From positions 3,504,628 to 3,568,627 of the forward strand of contig OZ243984.1 of assembly GCA_965214905.1 (NCBI GenBank): 64,000 bases of DNA, read 5' to 3'. This document shows, piece by piece, positions 9,510 through 18,706 of this stretch. The stretch is from an uncultured Candidatus Binatia bacterium (GTDB lineage: Bacteria; Desulfobacterota; Binatia; UBA9968; JAJDTQ01). The notes under the pieces are model-generated. The model saw only the letters and a program-made list of their open reading frames with translations, was not told the origin of the DNA and did not search any database. The position numbers were made by a program, and so were the translations under genes. The first letter of the stretch is position 1. Each line of letters begins with the position of its first letter.

Positions 9510-10798
9510 GTATTATAAGACTCCAGATTACGCCTTGACAAGACCCGAACTCCGCCTTGCATCATATCGGCGACCTGTTGGTCGGATTGGTCATCACGGT
9601 CAATAAGTCTCACAACCTCCGAACCTTTGATTAACAAGCCGATGGCGTACGCTATCCCACGGCTGTCATTGGCTACACCTGATGCGTTGCCTCCGGGGAC
9701 GAATTGAGTTTCCGGGAACTTGTCTTGGAAAATAACTTCATAAGAAGGTGCATCATGGGCGTAGTTCTGTCCAGCGTTCTTGTTCTTCGGCTCGCCTTCA
9801 CAGATGACTACTCGTTCCGGCGCGACCAGCGTGGCCAAGTCGTCAAGCGCTACATCATGAGCTCTGTTCCAGAACACTCGATCGGGAGTCACGGGCTCAA
9901 TGACCTGTGGCTCATCAAAGTCGAGCTCATCGAAGTCAAGAAATACAACACTTCCAGGGTGCTCGGATTCAATGTCCCGAGCCCGGCGCATCATGCCAAT
10001 GGAGTGAGTCGCCAGCATCAATTGGCAATTTTCCGGAATTAGGCCGTAGAGCACAGACAGAAGTTCGGCCTGAAGAGGAGCGTTCAGGTGGGATTCGGGC
10101 TCGTCGATGCAAAACAGCGTGTCGTCGTAAGCCCGTCGCGCGACAATCAGATCAAGTATCAGGTCGACCGCAGCCTTTTCGCCCCCGGATAGGTTCTTGA
10201 ACGAGAAGCCGTTGCTCGTTCCTTTCGTGAATCGAAAGGTCCCATCCCCCAGCGGATTCCCGAGACTATCGAGCTCAACGTCGGAGAACAGCTTGGAGAA
10301 AGCTGTCCTTATATCTCCAATGACCAACTCTCGGAATTCGTTCAAAGTCACCAAGCCGTCTTCGGGGGCGAATATATCCTCAAGCGCTTGGCTGGCCAGT
10401 CGCTGAAAGTTTTTGGCTACAGCTCCATCGTTGTCGATCATGCGCGGAACTCGAATATCGTCCAATGGATCGCCAACTCGCTGAAGGTTCTGAATCTGGA
10501 ACCCTGGATCGTTCCTGTATGCTGATCTTACAAAGAGGGTCTTCTTTGGAGTTGGGGTAGGGATAGGATTGTGGAAATCTGTTTGGACATCATTACGCAA
10601 TCGGTCGCGAAATGGTGATCCGGTTTTGGCGTGATAATCCATTTCCCACGTTCGGTGTCTTTGGGACGTCCAGTTATGCCATGTATGAAGAGCATCAAGA
10701 AAGGATGACTTGCCGCATCCATTGGGTCCGGCGAGCATGATAAGGCGTGCCGTTTCCGGGATGCCTTGAATGGTCAGATGGGTGATTGCCTCATGCAC
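9488..10798 (-). CDS. OLD-family (overcoming lysogenization defect) ABC-type ATPase with a C-terminal Toprim-like domain. It is a PARIS/Gabija-GajA/DUF4276-like defence nuclease candidate.
   Basis: Walker A (LAGPNGCGKSSFLDAL), Walker B with downstream H (LFCIDEPESHLN...LMLATHS), and a C-terminal VVICEGEP...RLIDRDDQSD (Toprim E and DxD). The start is uncertain: GTG at 10798 is possible, but the ORF runs in-frame into the hsdS remnant. GC is lower, about 50%. Confidence 0.65.
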   Translation of the reverse strand: MHEAITHLTIQGIPETARLIMLAGPNGCGKSSFLDALHTWHNWTSQRHRTWEMDYHAKTGSPFRDRLRNDVQTDFHNPIPTPTPKKTLFVRSAYRNDPGFQIQNLQRVGDPLDDIRVPRMIDNDGAVAKNFQRLASQALEDIFAPEDGLVTLNEFRELVIGDIRTAFSKLFSDVELDSLGNPLGDGTFRFTKGTSNGFSFKNLSGGEKAAVDLILDLIVARRAYDDTLFCIDEPESHLNAPLQAELLSVLYGLIPENCQLMLATHSIGMMRRARDIESEHPGSVVFLDFDELDFDEPQVIEPVTPDRVFWNRAHDVALDDLATLVAPERVVICEGEPKNKNAGQNYAHDAPSYEVIFQDKFPETQFVPGGNASGVANDSRGIAYAIGLLIKGSEVVRLIDRDDQSDQQVADMMQGGVRVLSRRNLESYNTCSATRS

Positions 10799-11264
10799 AG
10801 GCCAAAGGACGCCAGCAAACTGGCGCTGTTCATCCAACGCGAAGTCGGGCGTTTCGAAGTCGCGTATGTGTGCCCATGAGGTCCTTGGATGCTGGACGCC
10901 AGTGGTTCCCGCTACGGCATAATCGAGGAAGGCAGGAGAATGCACGACTGTAACCAGGAAACGCGGGTCAATGCCTGCCTTCGCGCGCAGTACGAGCAAC
11001 TCCGTCGTACAGACGCCCGCCTCGTCAGCAAGGATCGCTTTTGTCGAGATAGGGACGGAGCTTTCCGTACAGCACGTCACCTGGTTGGAACGCGGACGCG
11101 GCGCTCCGCATGTCCGACGCTCGCCCGCCACCCGCGCGCGCAAGCCGCCCCGGAGCAAGATGTTCAAGGCCAAGGTAGAGAGAGTCCGGCCGCGCGCCCG
11201 GCTTGACCGGCTCCGCGATGAGATTGCACAGGTCCGAAAGGCGAGTGGCCTTACCATTCGTCAT
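10799..11264 (-). pseudogene. hsdS: Type I restriction-modification specificity subunit (HsdS) remnant. It has the N-terminal TRD plus the central conserved region, is frameshifted, and lacks the second TRD.
   Basis: Frame A (11264-11025) reads LSDLCNLIAEP...GDVLYGKLRPYLDKS. Frame B continues as ISTKAILADEAGVCTTELLVLRAK...LDEQRQFAGVLWPV. Both are HsdS hallmarks. Confidence 0.6.
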
Positions 11265-11287
11265 GCCATTACGCAGCCTTTGGCGTA

Positions 11288-11707
11288 CTATAACCGTTTG
11301 GTTCTGCTCAATCTTGAAATCGTCCGTGCCCGCAGTCCCTTGAGCCGTACCGCAGGCAGCCTTTTGAGCGTCTGGCTGCCCGGATCCACCTCTATGCCGA
11401 CCGACTCCAAAGCCGTTACACCCAGCAGCGGCTCGGTGTCCGCGTCTCCAAATAGGATGGTGGCCCCTACGAACTCCCCCATGAACTCTACCTGGGCGAC
11501 CGTGATGTCCATTCGGAGTTCACTACCGTCGGCAAGTTCGTAGACTCGCTGTCCTTTAGGCGCAAGGCCTATGGATTCCAGGCATTGCCTTGGCACGAGG
11601 CAATCGGTCGCGCCTGTGTCAACCAGGAACAGCCCTTCCCAAGTCCTGTCCGGCTCGGCCGGGTTGCGAATCAGAGCGGTCACGTGTGTTGCGCCCATTT
11701 CCGTCAC
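11288..11707 (-). CDS. Retropepsin-like (clan AA) aspartyl protease family protein
   Basis: [13 protein letters not shown] active-site motif, ...[15 protein letters not shown], and about 139 aa. This matches bacterial retropepsin-like proteases. Confidence 0.7.
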   Translation of the reverse strand: MTEMGATHVTALIRNPAEPDRTWEGLFLVDTGATDCLVPRQCLESIGLAPKGQRVYELADGSELRMDITVAQVEFMGEFVGATILFGDADTEPLLGVTALESVGIEVDPGSQTLKRLPAVRLKGLRARTISRLSRTKRL

Positions 11708-11726
11708 TTCTCCTTTCTTTTATTCA

Positions 11727-12180
11727 CTATAGTCGCGCCAACATTTTCGCCAACGTTGCATCGACCTTGCGGACCTCATCGTCAAGGCGCTGCATTGCAG
11801 CGATGATCCCGGAGATCGGACGCTGGGTCACGGCGTCGGTTTGTCCCACCCATCGGCTCGGGCTCAGGTTGTCGTCCGCGTCCTCCGTTTGCTCCCGCGT
11901 GATGACGGCGACCTCGCCCTCCACCGGCTCGCCCTTGGCGAACGCCGCTGCCAGCGGGGAGGTAGTCGTAGGCGCGGCCCAGGAAGTCGGGCTGCACGTC
12001 GGCGAGGCCGAGCCGGTAGCGTGGGTCGGAGAAGGTCTCCACCACCGCGGCGAGCCGGGCCGGGTTGACGTCGCGCTCGCCGTTGCGCTCGGACGCGAAG
12101 TCCACCAGGTCGATGATGCCGAGTCTGGCTCGGATAGCCCGTAGTGTGGCCGCTACCGAACGAGAACGAGATTCGGTCAT
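11727..12180 (-). pseudogene. hsdM: Fragment(s) of a type I RM methyltransferase subunit (HsdM), frameshifted and truncated
   Basis: ...[34 protein letters not shown]... matches the HsdM N-domain motif (D.LG.AYEYLL). It then degenerates into an Arg/Gly-rich out-of-frame tail. Confidence 0.4.
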
Positions 12181-12303
12181 ATCTTGCTTATGGCAGATAT
12201 GACTGAATAAAGCAGTCGACAGTGGGGTCGTGCGTCAGTTTGAAATCCCGTGCACTTACCCTGCACTCCGACCCCTCCCCCGGAGGGAGACGGGCTCTGC
12301 GGT

Positions 12304-13047
12304 TCAGCGGATCACTTCGTTGTTCTCGATGATGTCGAGCACCCGGTCTTCGAACTCGGCCATTTCCGCCCGGGTGGCGTTGGTGGGGGTTTCCATGTCG
12401 GCGAGGACCCGTCCGGGTTTTCCCAGGATCACTAGCCGCGAGCCGATCTCCAGGGCTTCGTGAATGTTGTGGGTGATGAGCAGGCAGGTCTTTCTGCTTT
12501 CCGTCACGAGTTCCAGGAAGACTTCCCGCAAGCGTCGGGCGGTGGACTGGTCCAGGTGGCCGAAGGCTTCGTCGGCAAAGAAGATCTCGGGCGAAAGGCA
12601 GAACGCCCGGGCCATGCCCACCCGCTGGCGCATGCCGCCCGACAGCTCGTGGGGATAGGCGTCCTCGAAGCCCTGGAGCTCCAGCTTGTGCAGCCATTCC
12701 AGGGCGATGTCGTTCTGTTCCTTGTCGCCGTACCCGAGGATCTCCAGGCCCACGCGGGCGTTCTCCAGTGCGGTGCGCCACGGCAGCAGGCGGTCGGTCT
12801 GGAAGATGACGCCCAGCTTGGAGCGGAAGTAGTCGAACTCCTTGTGGGGATCGTGTCCCAGGAGCGTGACTGATCCGGAAGTAGGCGGGTCGAGGCCCAG
12901 CAGCAGGTTGAAGGTGGTGGACTTGCCGCACCCGGTCTTGCCGACGATGGCGACGATGTCCCCGCTGCCGACCTCCAGGTTCAGACCGTCCACTGCGGTG
13001 AACCGGTCGCCGTCCACCGAGGTGAAGACCATGCTTACGTCTCGCAT
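12304..13047 (-). CDS. ABC transporter ATP-binding protein (NitT/TauT aliphatic sulfonate/nitrate family)
   Basis: Walker A (GKTGCGKST), signature (LSGGMRQRVGMARA) and Walker B (IFFADEAFGHLD). The track ORF 12304-13854 is an artefactual run-on through the permease gene. Confidence 0.85.
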   Translation of the reverse strand: MRDVSMVFTSVDGDRFTAVDGLNLEVGSGDIVAIVGKTGCGKSTTFNLLLGLDPPTSGSVTLLGHDPHKEFDYFRSKLGVIFQTDRLLPWRTALENARVGLEILGYGDKEQNDIALEWLHKLELQGFEDAYPHELSGGMRQRVGMARAFCLSPEIFFADEAFGHLDQSTARRLREVFLELVTESRKTCLLITHNIHEALEIGSRLVILGKPGRVLADMETPTNATRAEMAEFEDRVLDIIENNEVIR

Positions 13048-13067
13048 CCGGATGACGGCATCAGCGC

Positions 13068-13907
13068 TCACGTGGCCATGCCTCCCTGTTTCGCCGGACG
13101 CCAGCGCAGCAGCCTGTTTTCCAGCGTGAGAATGACGAGTTGGGTGATGAGCAGGAAGGTGACCAGCACCAAGGTCCAGGCGATGGCCTTGGGCATCTCG
13201 AACAGCTCCTGCGCCAGCAGCAGCTTGTTGCCCACGCCCCGTGTGGCGCCCACCAGTTCGGCGACGATGACCACGCGGGCCGCGAGCCCGAGATTCACTT
13301 TCCATGCCGTAAGCACCGCGGGGATCATCCCCGGCAGGATCAGTTTGGTGAACAGCTGCTTTCTCGTGGGGCGCATGGCCCGCAGCATATCCAGGTATTC
13401 CTTGGAGATGCTCTTGATGCCGTCGTGGATGATGAGGGCATAGTTGGGCAGGCAGCCGGCCAGCAGGATGAATGCGATGCGGGTCTCCACGTGGCTGAAC
13501 CAGATGATGGCGAAGACCACCCACGAGAGCGCCGGTATGCCCATGATGAAGTGGAGCACCGGCAGGGTGTGCTTCTCCGCCGTTTCCGTGAAGCCCATGA
13601 ACACGCCCAGGATGGTGCCGCTGATGAACGCCAGGACGAGCCCCAGGAAGATCCTCCCCATGGTGGTGAACGCGTCTCCCAACAGGGTCAGGCTCCCGAC
13701 GATCTCGATAAAGGCGGAAATGATGACGCCGACGCTGGGAACCAGGTAGGGCGGCAGAAAGTAGGACGTGATCTGCCAAGCCACCAGGATCACGGCAAAG
13801 GAGATGATCGGCTCCTTCCTGGTGGCCATGAGGCCCGCGAGGCGTGAATACCATGCCTCGCGGGCCACGGGCGGCGTTGCCGTCGTGGGGGTTGTCTCGG
13901 ATTCCAT
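13068..13907 (-). CDS. ABC transporter permease (NitT/TauT family, SsuC/TauC-like)
   Basis: 279 aa with six hydrophobic segments, and lies between the SBP and ATPase genes. Confidence 0.8.
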   Translation of the reverse strand: MESETTPTTATPPVAREAWYSRLAGLMATRKEPIISFAVILVAWQITSYFLPPYLVPSVGVIISAFIEIVGSLTLLGDAFTTMGRIFLGLVLAFISGTILGVFMGFTETAEKHTLPVLHFIMGIPALSWVVFAIIWFSHVETRIAFILLAGCLPNYALIIHDGIKSISKEYLDMLRAMRPTRKQLFTKLILPGMIPAVLTAWKVNLGLAARVVIVAELVGATRGVGNKLLLAQELFEMPKAIAWTLVLVTFLLITQLVILTLENRLLRWRPAKQGGMAT

Positions 13908-13928
13908 GCCAGCGAACGAGGCGCCGGT

Positions 13929-14894
13929 CTATCGGACGCGGCCCCGGTAGATGATGCCGTCGTCCGGCATATTCTTCATATAGCCGCTCTCGATGCCGGC
14001 CTGGAACAGCGCCTTGATGTTCTCCTCGATCTCCGCTGCCGGGACCACGTCCAGGGGATAGCGGGCCGCGCTCAGCGCCATCAGGAACGCCTGCTTGGGT
14101 ACGCCGGCCGCCTTCTCGATGATCGTGGCCGCCTCGTCATGGTGGGTCGGCAACCACGTGGCGAGCTCGGCAAAGGCCGCGTAGATCTTCGGGATCAGCT
14201 CCTTGTTGGCGTTGATCCAGCCCTCGTGCGCAGCCACGCCCAGAAAGCCCCGCTGGGGCGCTCCGTGGATGGCTTCCCACTGGTGAAAGTACTCGATCAT
14301 CTTGAACTTGCCGGGGTTGTCCACCAGAATCTTGGAGTAGTTCGGTTCCCAGAAGTGAACGGCGTCGGCCCGTTTGGCCATCAGGTAGGTGGCCAGGCCG
14401 GGCACGCTGGTGGACTGGATTGCAACCTTGCCGAGGTCGACGCCTGCCTTGTGGGCGAAGTAGCGGAACATGGCGTAGTTCGTCGTCACCGTAAACGCCG
14501 CCAGAGTCTTGCCCTCGAGGTCGTTGATGCTGTTGACCTCGGGATTCGACGTCAGCAGTGCGCCGTGCCCGTTCAAGACGTTGAACAGATAAACCGATTT
14601 CACGCCCTTGAGCCGGCGATTGGCCTCCGACAAGAGCGCTGAGGCGATGGTGAGTTGGTCCCTGCCGGTGGCGAAGTCCGTGTTGGCCGCGCGTCCCGGC
14701 TTGAACGCCCACTCGAGATCGATGCCGTGTTTCTTGTCGAAGCCGTTGGCCTCGATCAGCGAAGCCGTCGTATGACCGAAAGACGGCTTGTCGAAGGACG
14801 AGATCCGTACCTTGGTCAGCCCCTGAGCCAGGACCGGCGCGGCGCCGGCCAGGGCGACCGCGGCTATCAGGAAACTCGAAATGAGTCGAAACAT
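13929..14894 (-). CDS. ABC transporter substrate-binding protein (NMT1/SsuA/TauA-like)
   Basis: Signal peptide (MFRLISSFLIAAVALAGAAPVLA), about 320 aa, and it is the first gene of the ABC operon. Confidence 0.8.
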   Translation of the reverse strand: MFRLISSFLIAAVALAGAAPVLAQGLTKVRISSFDKPSFGHTTASLIEANGFDKKHGIDLEWAFKPGRAANTDFATGRDQLTIASALLSEANRRLKGVKSVYLFNVLNGHGALLTSNPEVNSINDLEGKTLAAFTVTTNYAMFRYFAHKAGVDLGKVAIQSTSVPGLATYLMAKRADAVHFWEPNYSKILVDNPGKFKMIEYFHQWEAIHGAPQRGFLGVAAHEGWINANKELIPKIYAAFAELATWLPTHHDEAATIIEKAAGVPKQAFLMALSAARYPLDVVPAAEIEENIKALFQAGIESGYMKNMPDDGIIYRGRVR

Positions 14895-15119
14895 GATTTG
14901 CCCTCCTTGTTACCGGGTTCTCAACGGAATTCGCTCGATGGATTCGAGGCTTCCTCCGTCAGAACCCCGGAACCTAGAAATTTTTGGTCTCCGTGTCAAC
15001 GGAAAACCGGACGGACCGACACGTTGCCAGCCTTGAACTGCTCTCTTGGTTGGGCTACATCCGGAGGGGTCGAACTCTTGAGCGATCGACGGGTTTGGCC
15101 CAACACACGGAGGTGAAAC

Positions 15120-16271
15120 ATGTACCTGGTTGATGCCGACGGACACGTGGAGGAAAGCGAAACCACATTCAGCGACAAATACCTGGATCCGGCATTCCGA
15201 GCCCAGCGGCCGCGGGTGGTGGCCATCGACCGGATGGTCTACTGGATGATCGAAGAGCAGATGTACCCGCGCCGTGTCGGCCGCGGCGCTCACAATCTGG
15301 GAACTCCGGCCAGCTACAAAGGCGAGAAGACGCCCCACGCGCAAAAGAAGTCCGACACCATCGGCAGCATGGAGATCCACGGCGTCACGGAGCGGATCGA
15401 GGCCATGGACAAGGAAGGGATCTCGCTGCAGGTCCTCTATCCCACGCTGTTCCTCGCCTATCCGCTGGCTGCGAACCCCGCGCTCGTGACCGCCATGGGC
15501 ACCGCCTACAACCGCTTCCTGGGCGACCAGATCGGCGCGCACGAGCGGCTCAAGTGGGCCGCGGTGGTGAATCTCGATGACGTGGAGGGGGCGGTGAAGC
15601 AGGTCCACGAGGCCCACAGCCTCGGGGCCGTGGCCGTCATGGTGCTGGGCACCATCGGCGACCGGATGCTCGACGACCCGGCTTTCCTGGCGTTCTACGA
15701 GGCTCTGGTCGAGAGGGATCTGACGCTGGCGATACACGTGGGTTGGGCGTGTCCGGCCCTGAACGGCCTCTTTACCCACATCTATCCGTCCTCGGTGAAC
15801 GCCTTCCTCATGCCGCTCATGCTGGGCTTCTCGGCCATGATCAACAGCGGCCTGCTGGACCGTTTCCCCACCCTGCGGGTGGGATTCCTGGAGGCCGGCT
15901 GCCAGTGGGTCCATTTCATGATCGACCGTCTGGATCACCGCTTCGGCCATTCAGGGAATTTTCTCGCCGAAATCCTTCCGGACACGGTTCCCAAGGCCAA
16001 GCTGGCGCCCATGGAATACATCCGGCAGGGGAATCTCTACCTGAGCGCGGAGGTGGAGGACACGCTGTTGCCCCAGGTGGTGGAGCTGGTGGGCGAGGGG
16101 CAGGTGGTCTACGGCTCGGATATGCCCCACGGCGACCGCGAAGTGCTGTCCAGCGACCACCTGAAGCAGCGGGGAGACCTCAGCGAGGCCGCCAAGACCA
16201 GGATCCTGCAGGACAACGGCGCCAGGCTTTACAACCTGGACATCAGCGACGCAGTGAGGAAGGCTTCCTGA
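15120..16271 (+). CDS. amidohydrolase family protein (amidohydrolase_2)
   Basis: MYLVDADGHVEESETTF N-terminus and a C-terminal ...YGSDMPHGD motif. The RBS is GGAGGTG. Confidence 0.85.
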   Translation: MYLVDADGHVEESETTFSDKYLDPAFRAQRPRVVAIDRMVYWMIEEQMYPRRVGRGAHNLGTPASYKGEKTPHAQKKSDTIGSMEIHGVTERIEAMDKEGISLQVLYPTLFLAYPLAANPALVTAMGTAYNRFLGDQIGAHERLKWAAVVNLDDVEGAVKQVHEAHSLGAVAVMVLGTIGDRMLDDPAFLAFYEALVERDLTLAIHVGWACPALNGLFTHIYPSSVNAFLMPLMLGFSAMINSGLLDRFPTLRVGFLEAGCQWVHFMIDRLDHRFGHSGNFLAEILPDTVPKAKLAPMEYIRQGNLYLSAEVEDTLLPQVVELVGEGQVVYGSDMPHGDREVLSSDHLKQRGDLSEAAKTRILQDNGARLYNLDISDAVRKAS

Positions 16272-16304
16272 CGAGCCGTGCCGGCCCGCAAGGCGATGCG
16301 GACA

Positions 16305-16332
16305 CGGAGCGGGTTTGGAACCCGCCCGTACA
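16305..16332. repeat. GGGTTTGGAACCCGCCCGTAC hairpin repeat copy
   Basis: cggagcgggtttggaacccgcccgtacact. Confidence 0.5.
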
Positions 16333-16358
16333 CTCGGGTCTTTCCGTGGCTAAGGCTC

Positions 16359-16622
16359 TTAATGGGCATCCGGTTGGCCGACGATGACTTCCCGCGAGCG
16401 GACGGTCACGAGGCGGTCGAGGCGGCGCAGCATGATCTGTGCCGCCTCGACCGAGATGGCTTGCCCGAAGATGTGGTAACGTTCTCCGTCCAACCACTGG
16501 TTGTTGGCCCAGAAGGCGAACTCGTGTGGGGTAGGGGTGTGGCCGAGATCCCTGGCGCAACGCCGCACTACAAAGCCGAGCACGACTTTGCGGCCCTTGC
16601 CGTTGTCGACGCCGGACGACAT
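16359..16622 (-). CDS. Hypothetical protein (87 aa). It has good GC3 codon bias, but no RBS or homology was recognised.
   Basis: The ORF lies in the 570-bp gap between the amidohydrolase and cyclase genes and is flanked by two GGGTTTGAAACCCGCCC hairpin repeats. Confidence 0.3.
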   Translation of the reverse strand: MSSGVDNGKGRKVVLGFVVRRCARDLGHTPTPHEFAFWANNQWLDGERYHIFGQAISVEAAQIMLRRLDRLVTVRSREVIVGQPDAH

Positions 16623-16775
16623 ACTCGGGATTCTTAGGTGATTCCAGCGAGAGGTTCAACCCGATCACGGTAACCTGTGTCGCCGGAAGACGGGTGTCGC
16701 GTCCTGAACAGACTGTGGAGAAATCTGCGGGTCCTTTTCGCCGTCGGCTGCGCCTCGCGTGGCATCGGCCACAGG

Positions 16776-16796
16776 GTCGGGTTTGAAACCCGCCCG
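16776..16796. repeat. GGGTTTGAAACCCGCCC hairpin repeat copy
   Basis: ggtcgggtttgaaacccgcccgcg. Confidence 0.5.
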
Positions 16797-16843
16797 CGCC
16801 CGCCGCCGGGCGTCAGCGGAATACAGGCTCGAAGGAGGAGGCT

Positions 16844-17821
16844 TTGGCGACTCGAAGACGTCCGAAACTGACCATGGAGCGCATCCGGGAGGCGGCCGAG
16901 CGGCTGCGCAACTGGGGCCGGTGGGGCGAGGACGACGAGGTCGGCACGCTCAACTTTACCACCCCCGAGGACATCGTCGCCGCTGCGCAGCTCGTGCGCA
17001 AGGGCCGGGTGTTCTCCCTGGCCCTCGGTTTCGATGCCCAAGGCCCGCAGGGAGGCAAGAGCAACTACCCGGCCATGGGCCGCTTCAATCCCATCCACCT
17101 CATGCTTCGCACCGGGACGGACGCCTACGCGGGGGTGCTCGACCACCGGGGCATCCGGGGTGCTGACGACGTGATCATCATGCCGCTTCAGGCCGGCACT
17201 CAATGGGACGGGCTGGCGCACATCTTCTATGAAGACCGAATGTACAACGGCTACGACTGCCGGCTGGTGACCACCGGCGGCGCCGCCAAAAACGGCATCG
17301 AGAAGACCCGTGACAAGATGGTCGGGCGTGGAGTGTTGCTGGACGTGGCCCGGACCAAGGGCTCGGACTGGTTGAAGGACGGCTACGCCATCACCAACCG
17401 CGATCTCGACCGCACCCTGAAGGCCCAGGACGTGGAGGTGGGCCGGGGCGACTATCTGCTGGTGCGGACCGGGCAGATGAAGGCCAAGCTGGACGCCGGG
17501 TCCTGGGACGGCTATCCCGGCGGAGACGCCCCGGGGCTGGGCTTCGAAACCCTGGACTGGCTCCACACCCGGGAGGTGGCCGCGGTGGCCACCGACACCT
17601 GGGGAGTGGAGGTCCGGCCCAACCAGACCCGGGAGGCCAACCAGCCGTGGCACTGGGTCAGCATTCCGAACATGGGTCTCACCGTGGGCGAGATCTTCCA
17701 TCTGGAAGAGCTCGCCGAGGACTGCGCCGAGGACGGGCGTTACGAGTTCATGTTCGTGGCCCCCGCGCTGCCGGTCACCGGGGCGGTGGGTTCCCCCACC
17801 AATCCCTTGGCGATCAAGTGA
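16844..17821 (+). CDS. Cyclase family protein (kynurenine formamidase-like, PF04199)
   Basis: Typical cyclase-family composition and length. TTG at 16844 has a strong AAGGAGGAGG RBS; the alternative ATG is at 16874. Confidence 0.8.
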   Translation: MATRRRPKLTMERIREAAERLRNWGRWGEDDEVGTLNFTTPEDIVAAAQLVRKGRVFSLALGFDAQGPQGGKSNYPAMGRFNPIHLMLRTGTDAYAGVLDHRGIRGADDVIIMPLQAGTQWDGLAHIFYEDRMYNGYDCRLVTTGGAAKNGIEKTRDKMVGRGVLLDVARTKGSDWLKDGYAITNRDLDRTLKAQDVEVGRGDYLLVRTGQMKAKLDAGSWDGYPGGDAPGLGFETLDWLHTREVAAVATDTWGVEVRPNQTREANQPWHWVSIPNMGLTVGEIFHLEELAEDCAEDGRYEFMFVAPALPVTGAVGSPTNPLAIK

Positions 17822-17835
17822 TCGGAGCAAGCAAA

Positions 17836-17868
17836 ACGCACGGGCGGGTTTGAAACCCGCCCCTACGG
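17836..17868. repeat. GCACGGGCGGGTTTGAAACCCGCCCCTACGGG hairpin repeat copy in the cyclase-creatininase spacer
   Basis: Direct read. Confidence 0.55.
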
Positions 17869-17879
17869 GAGGAGACGAA

Positions 17880-18695
17880 ATGGCGGCGCAACGGGGCTCG
17901 GTATGGCTTCAGGAACTGACCTGGGAGGATGTCGCGGCCTATCTCGAAGATTCCGACATCATCATCTGTCCGGTGGGCAGCACGGAAGAGCACGGGCCGG
18001 CCGGCCCGCTCGGACTTGACTGCCTCATCGCCATTGCCCTGGCGGAAGACGTGGCCCGCGCCACGGGGACGCTGTGCACGCCGCCGCTGTGGTTCGGCGA
18101 CTCGCCGCATCACCTGGGTTTTCCGGGAACCATCTCGCTTCGTACCGAGACCCTGATGGCGGTGATCCAGGATATGAGCCGAAGTCTGGCCAAACACGGG
18201 TTCCGCAAGATTCTCATCATCAACGGACACAAGGGCGCCAACCTCCCCGGCCTGCTGGCGGCTACCAAGAACTTGCGTGAGTACGAGATGCCCGAGGTCT
18301 TCTTCGCGGTCATCGACCCGGTGAAAATCGCCAAGAAGATCGCCAACGAGATCAAGGAAGCGAGAGAGCATCACAGCGGGGAGCTGGAGATCTCGGAGTG
18401 CTGGTACAAGTATCCCCACCTGGTCAAGCAAGAGAAGCTGACCACGTCGCAGGTCGACTTCGAGGAGAATTTCTCGCCATGGTCACACGGAGACCTCTTC
18501 TCCGCGCCGCACGAGGTGATCGATATTCCCTGGACCAGCACGGAACAGCGCCGTATCGTGCCTAGCGGCTCCTTCAGTCCTTCCATCAAGGCCTCGCCCG
18601 AGAAAGGCAAGGCGTACCACGACTACATGGTCGATCAGATCGTGCAATTCATCGGGTGGCTGCGGGATTACGAAGGACCCGTGGCCCAGGTTTGA
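17880..18695 (+). CDS. Creatininase family protein (creatinine amidohydrolase-like)
   Basis: ...IICPVGSTEEHGP...GFPGTISL...INGHKGA motifs. GGGAGGAG RBS before the ATG at 17880. Confidence 0.85.
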   Translation: MAAQRGSVWLQELTWEDVAAYLEDSDIIICPVGSTEEHGPAGPLGLDCLIAIALAEDVARATGTLCTPPLWFGDSPHHLGFPGTISLRTETLMAVIQDMSRSLAKHGFRKILIINGHKGANLPGLLAATKNLREYEMPEVFFAVIDPVKIAKKIANEIKEAREHHSGELEISECWYKYPHLVKQEKLTTSQVDFEENFSPWSHGDLFSAPHEVIDIPWTSTEQRRIVPSGSFSPSIKASPEKGKAYHDYMVDQIVQFIGWLRDYEGPVAQV

Positions 18696-18706
18696 CGCGC
18701 GTGGAC

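Noticed and set aside
10799-11257. Idea that the hsdS-ATPase in-frame read-through encodes a functional HsdS-OLD chimera
   Set aside because: The hsdS N-terminal part is in a different frame, and the chimera would lack any TRD2 or HsdM-interaction region. Decay plus accidental frame continuity is more parsimonious. It is reported only as a finding to be checked.
12188-12300. Rho-independent terminator after the ABC ATPase gene (CTCCCTCCGGGGGAGGGG on the mRNA strand)
   Set aside because: The stem is imperfect and there is no U-tract. This is too weak to call.
12304-13854. 516-aa ORF spanning the ABC ATPase and permease
   Set aside because: It is a run-on of the ATPase frame through the permease gene in another frame. 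The real ATPase starts near 13047; the upstream part is Arg/His/Gly-rich nonsense.
14910-15950. 346-aa minus-strand ORF
   Set aside because: It is antisense to the amidohydrolase at 15120-16271, which carries the DADGHVEE motif.
16634-17830. 398-aa minus-strand ORF
   Set aside because: It is antisense to the cyclase-family gene and is low-complexity.
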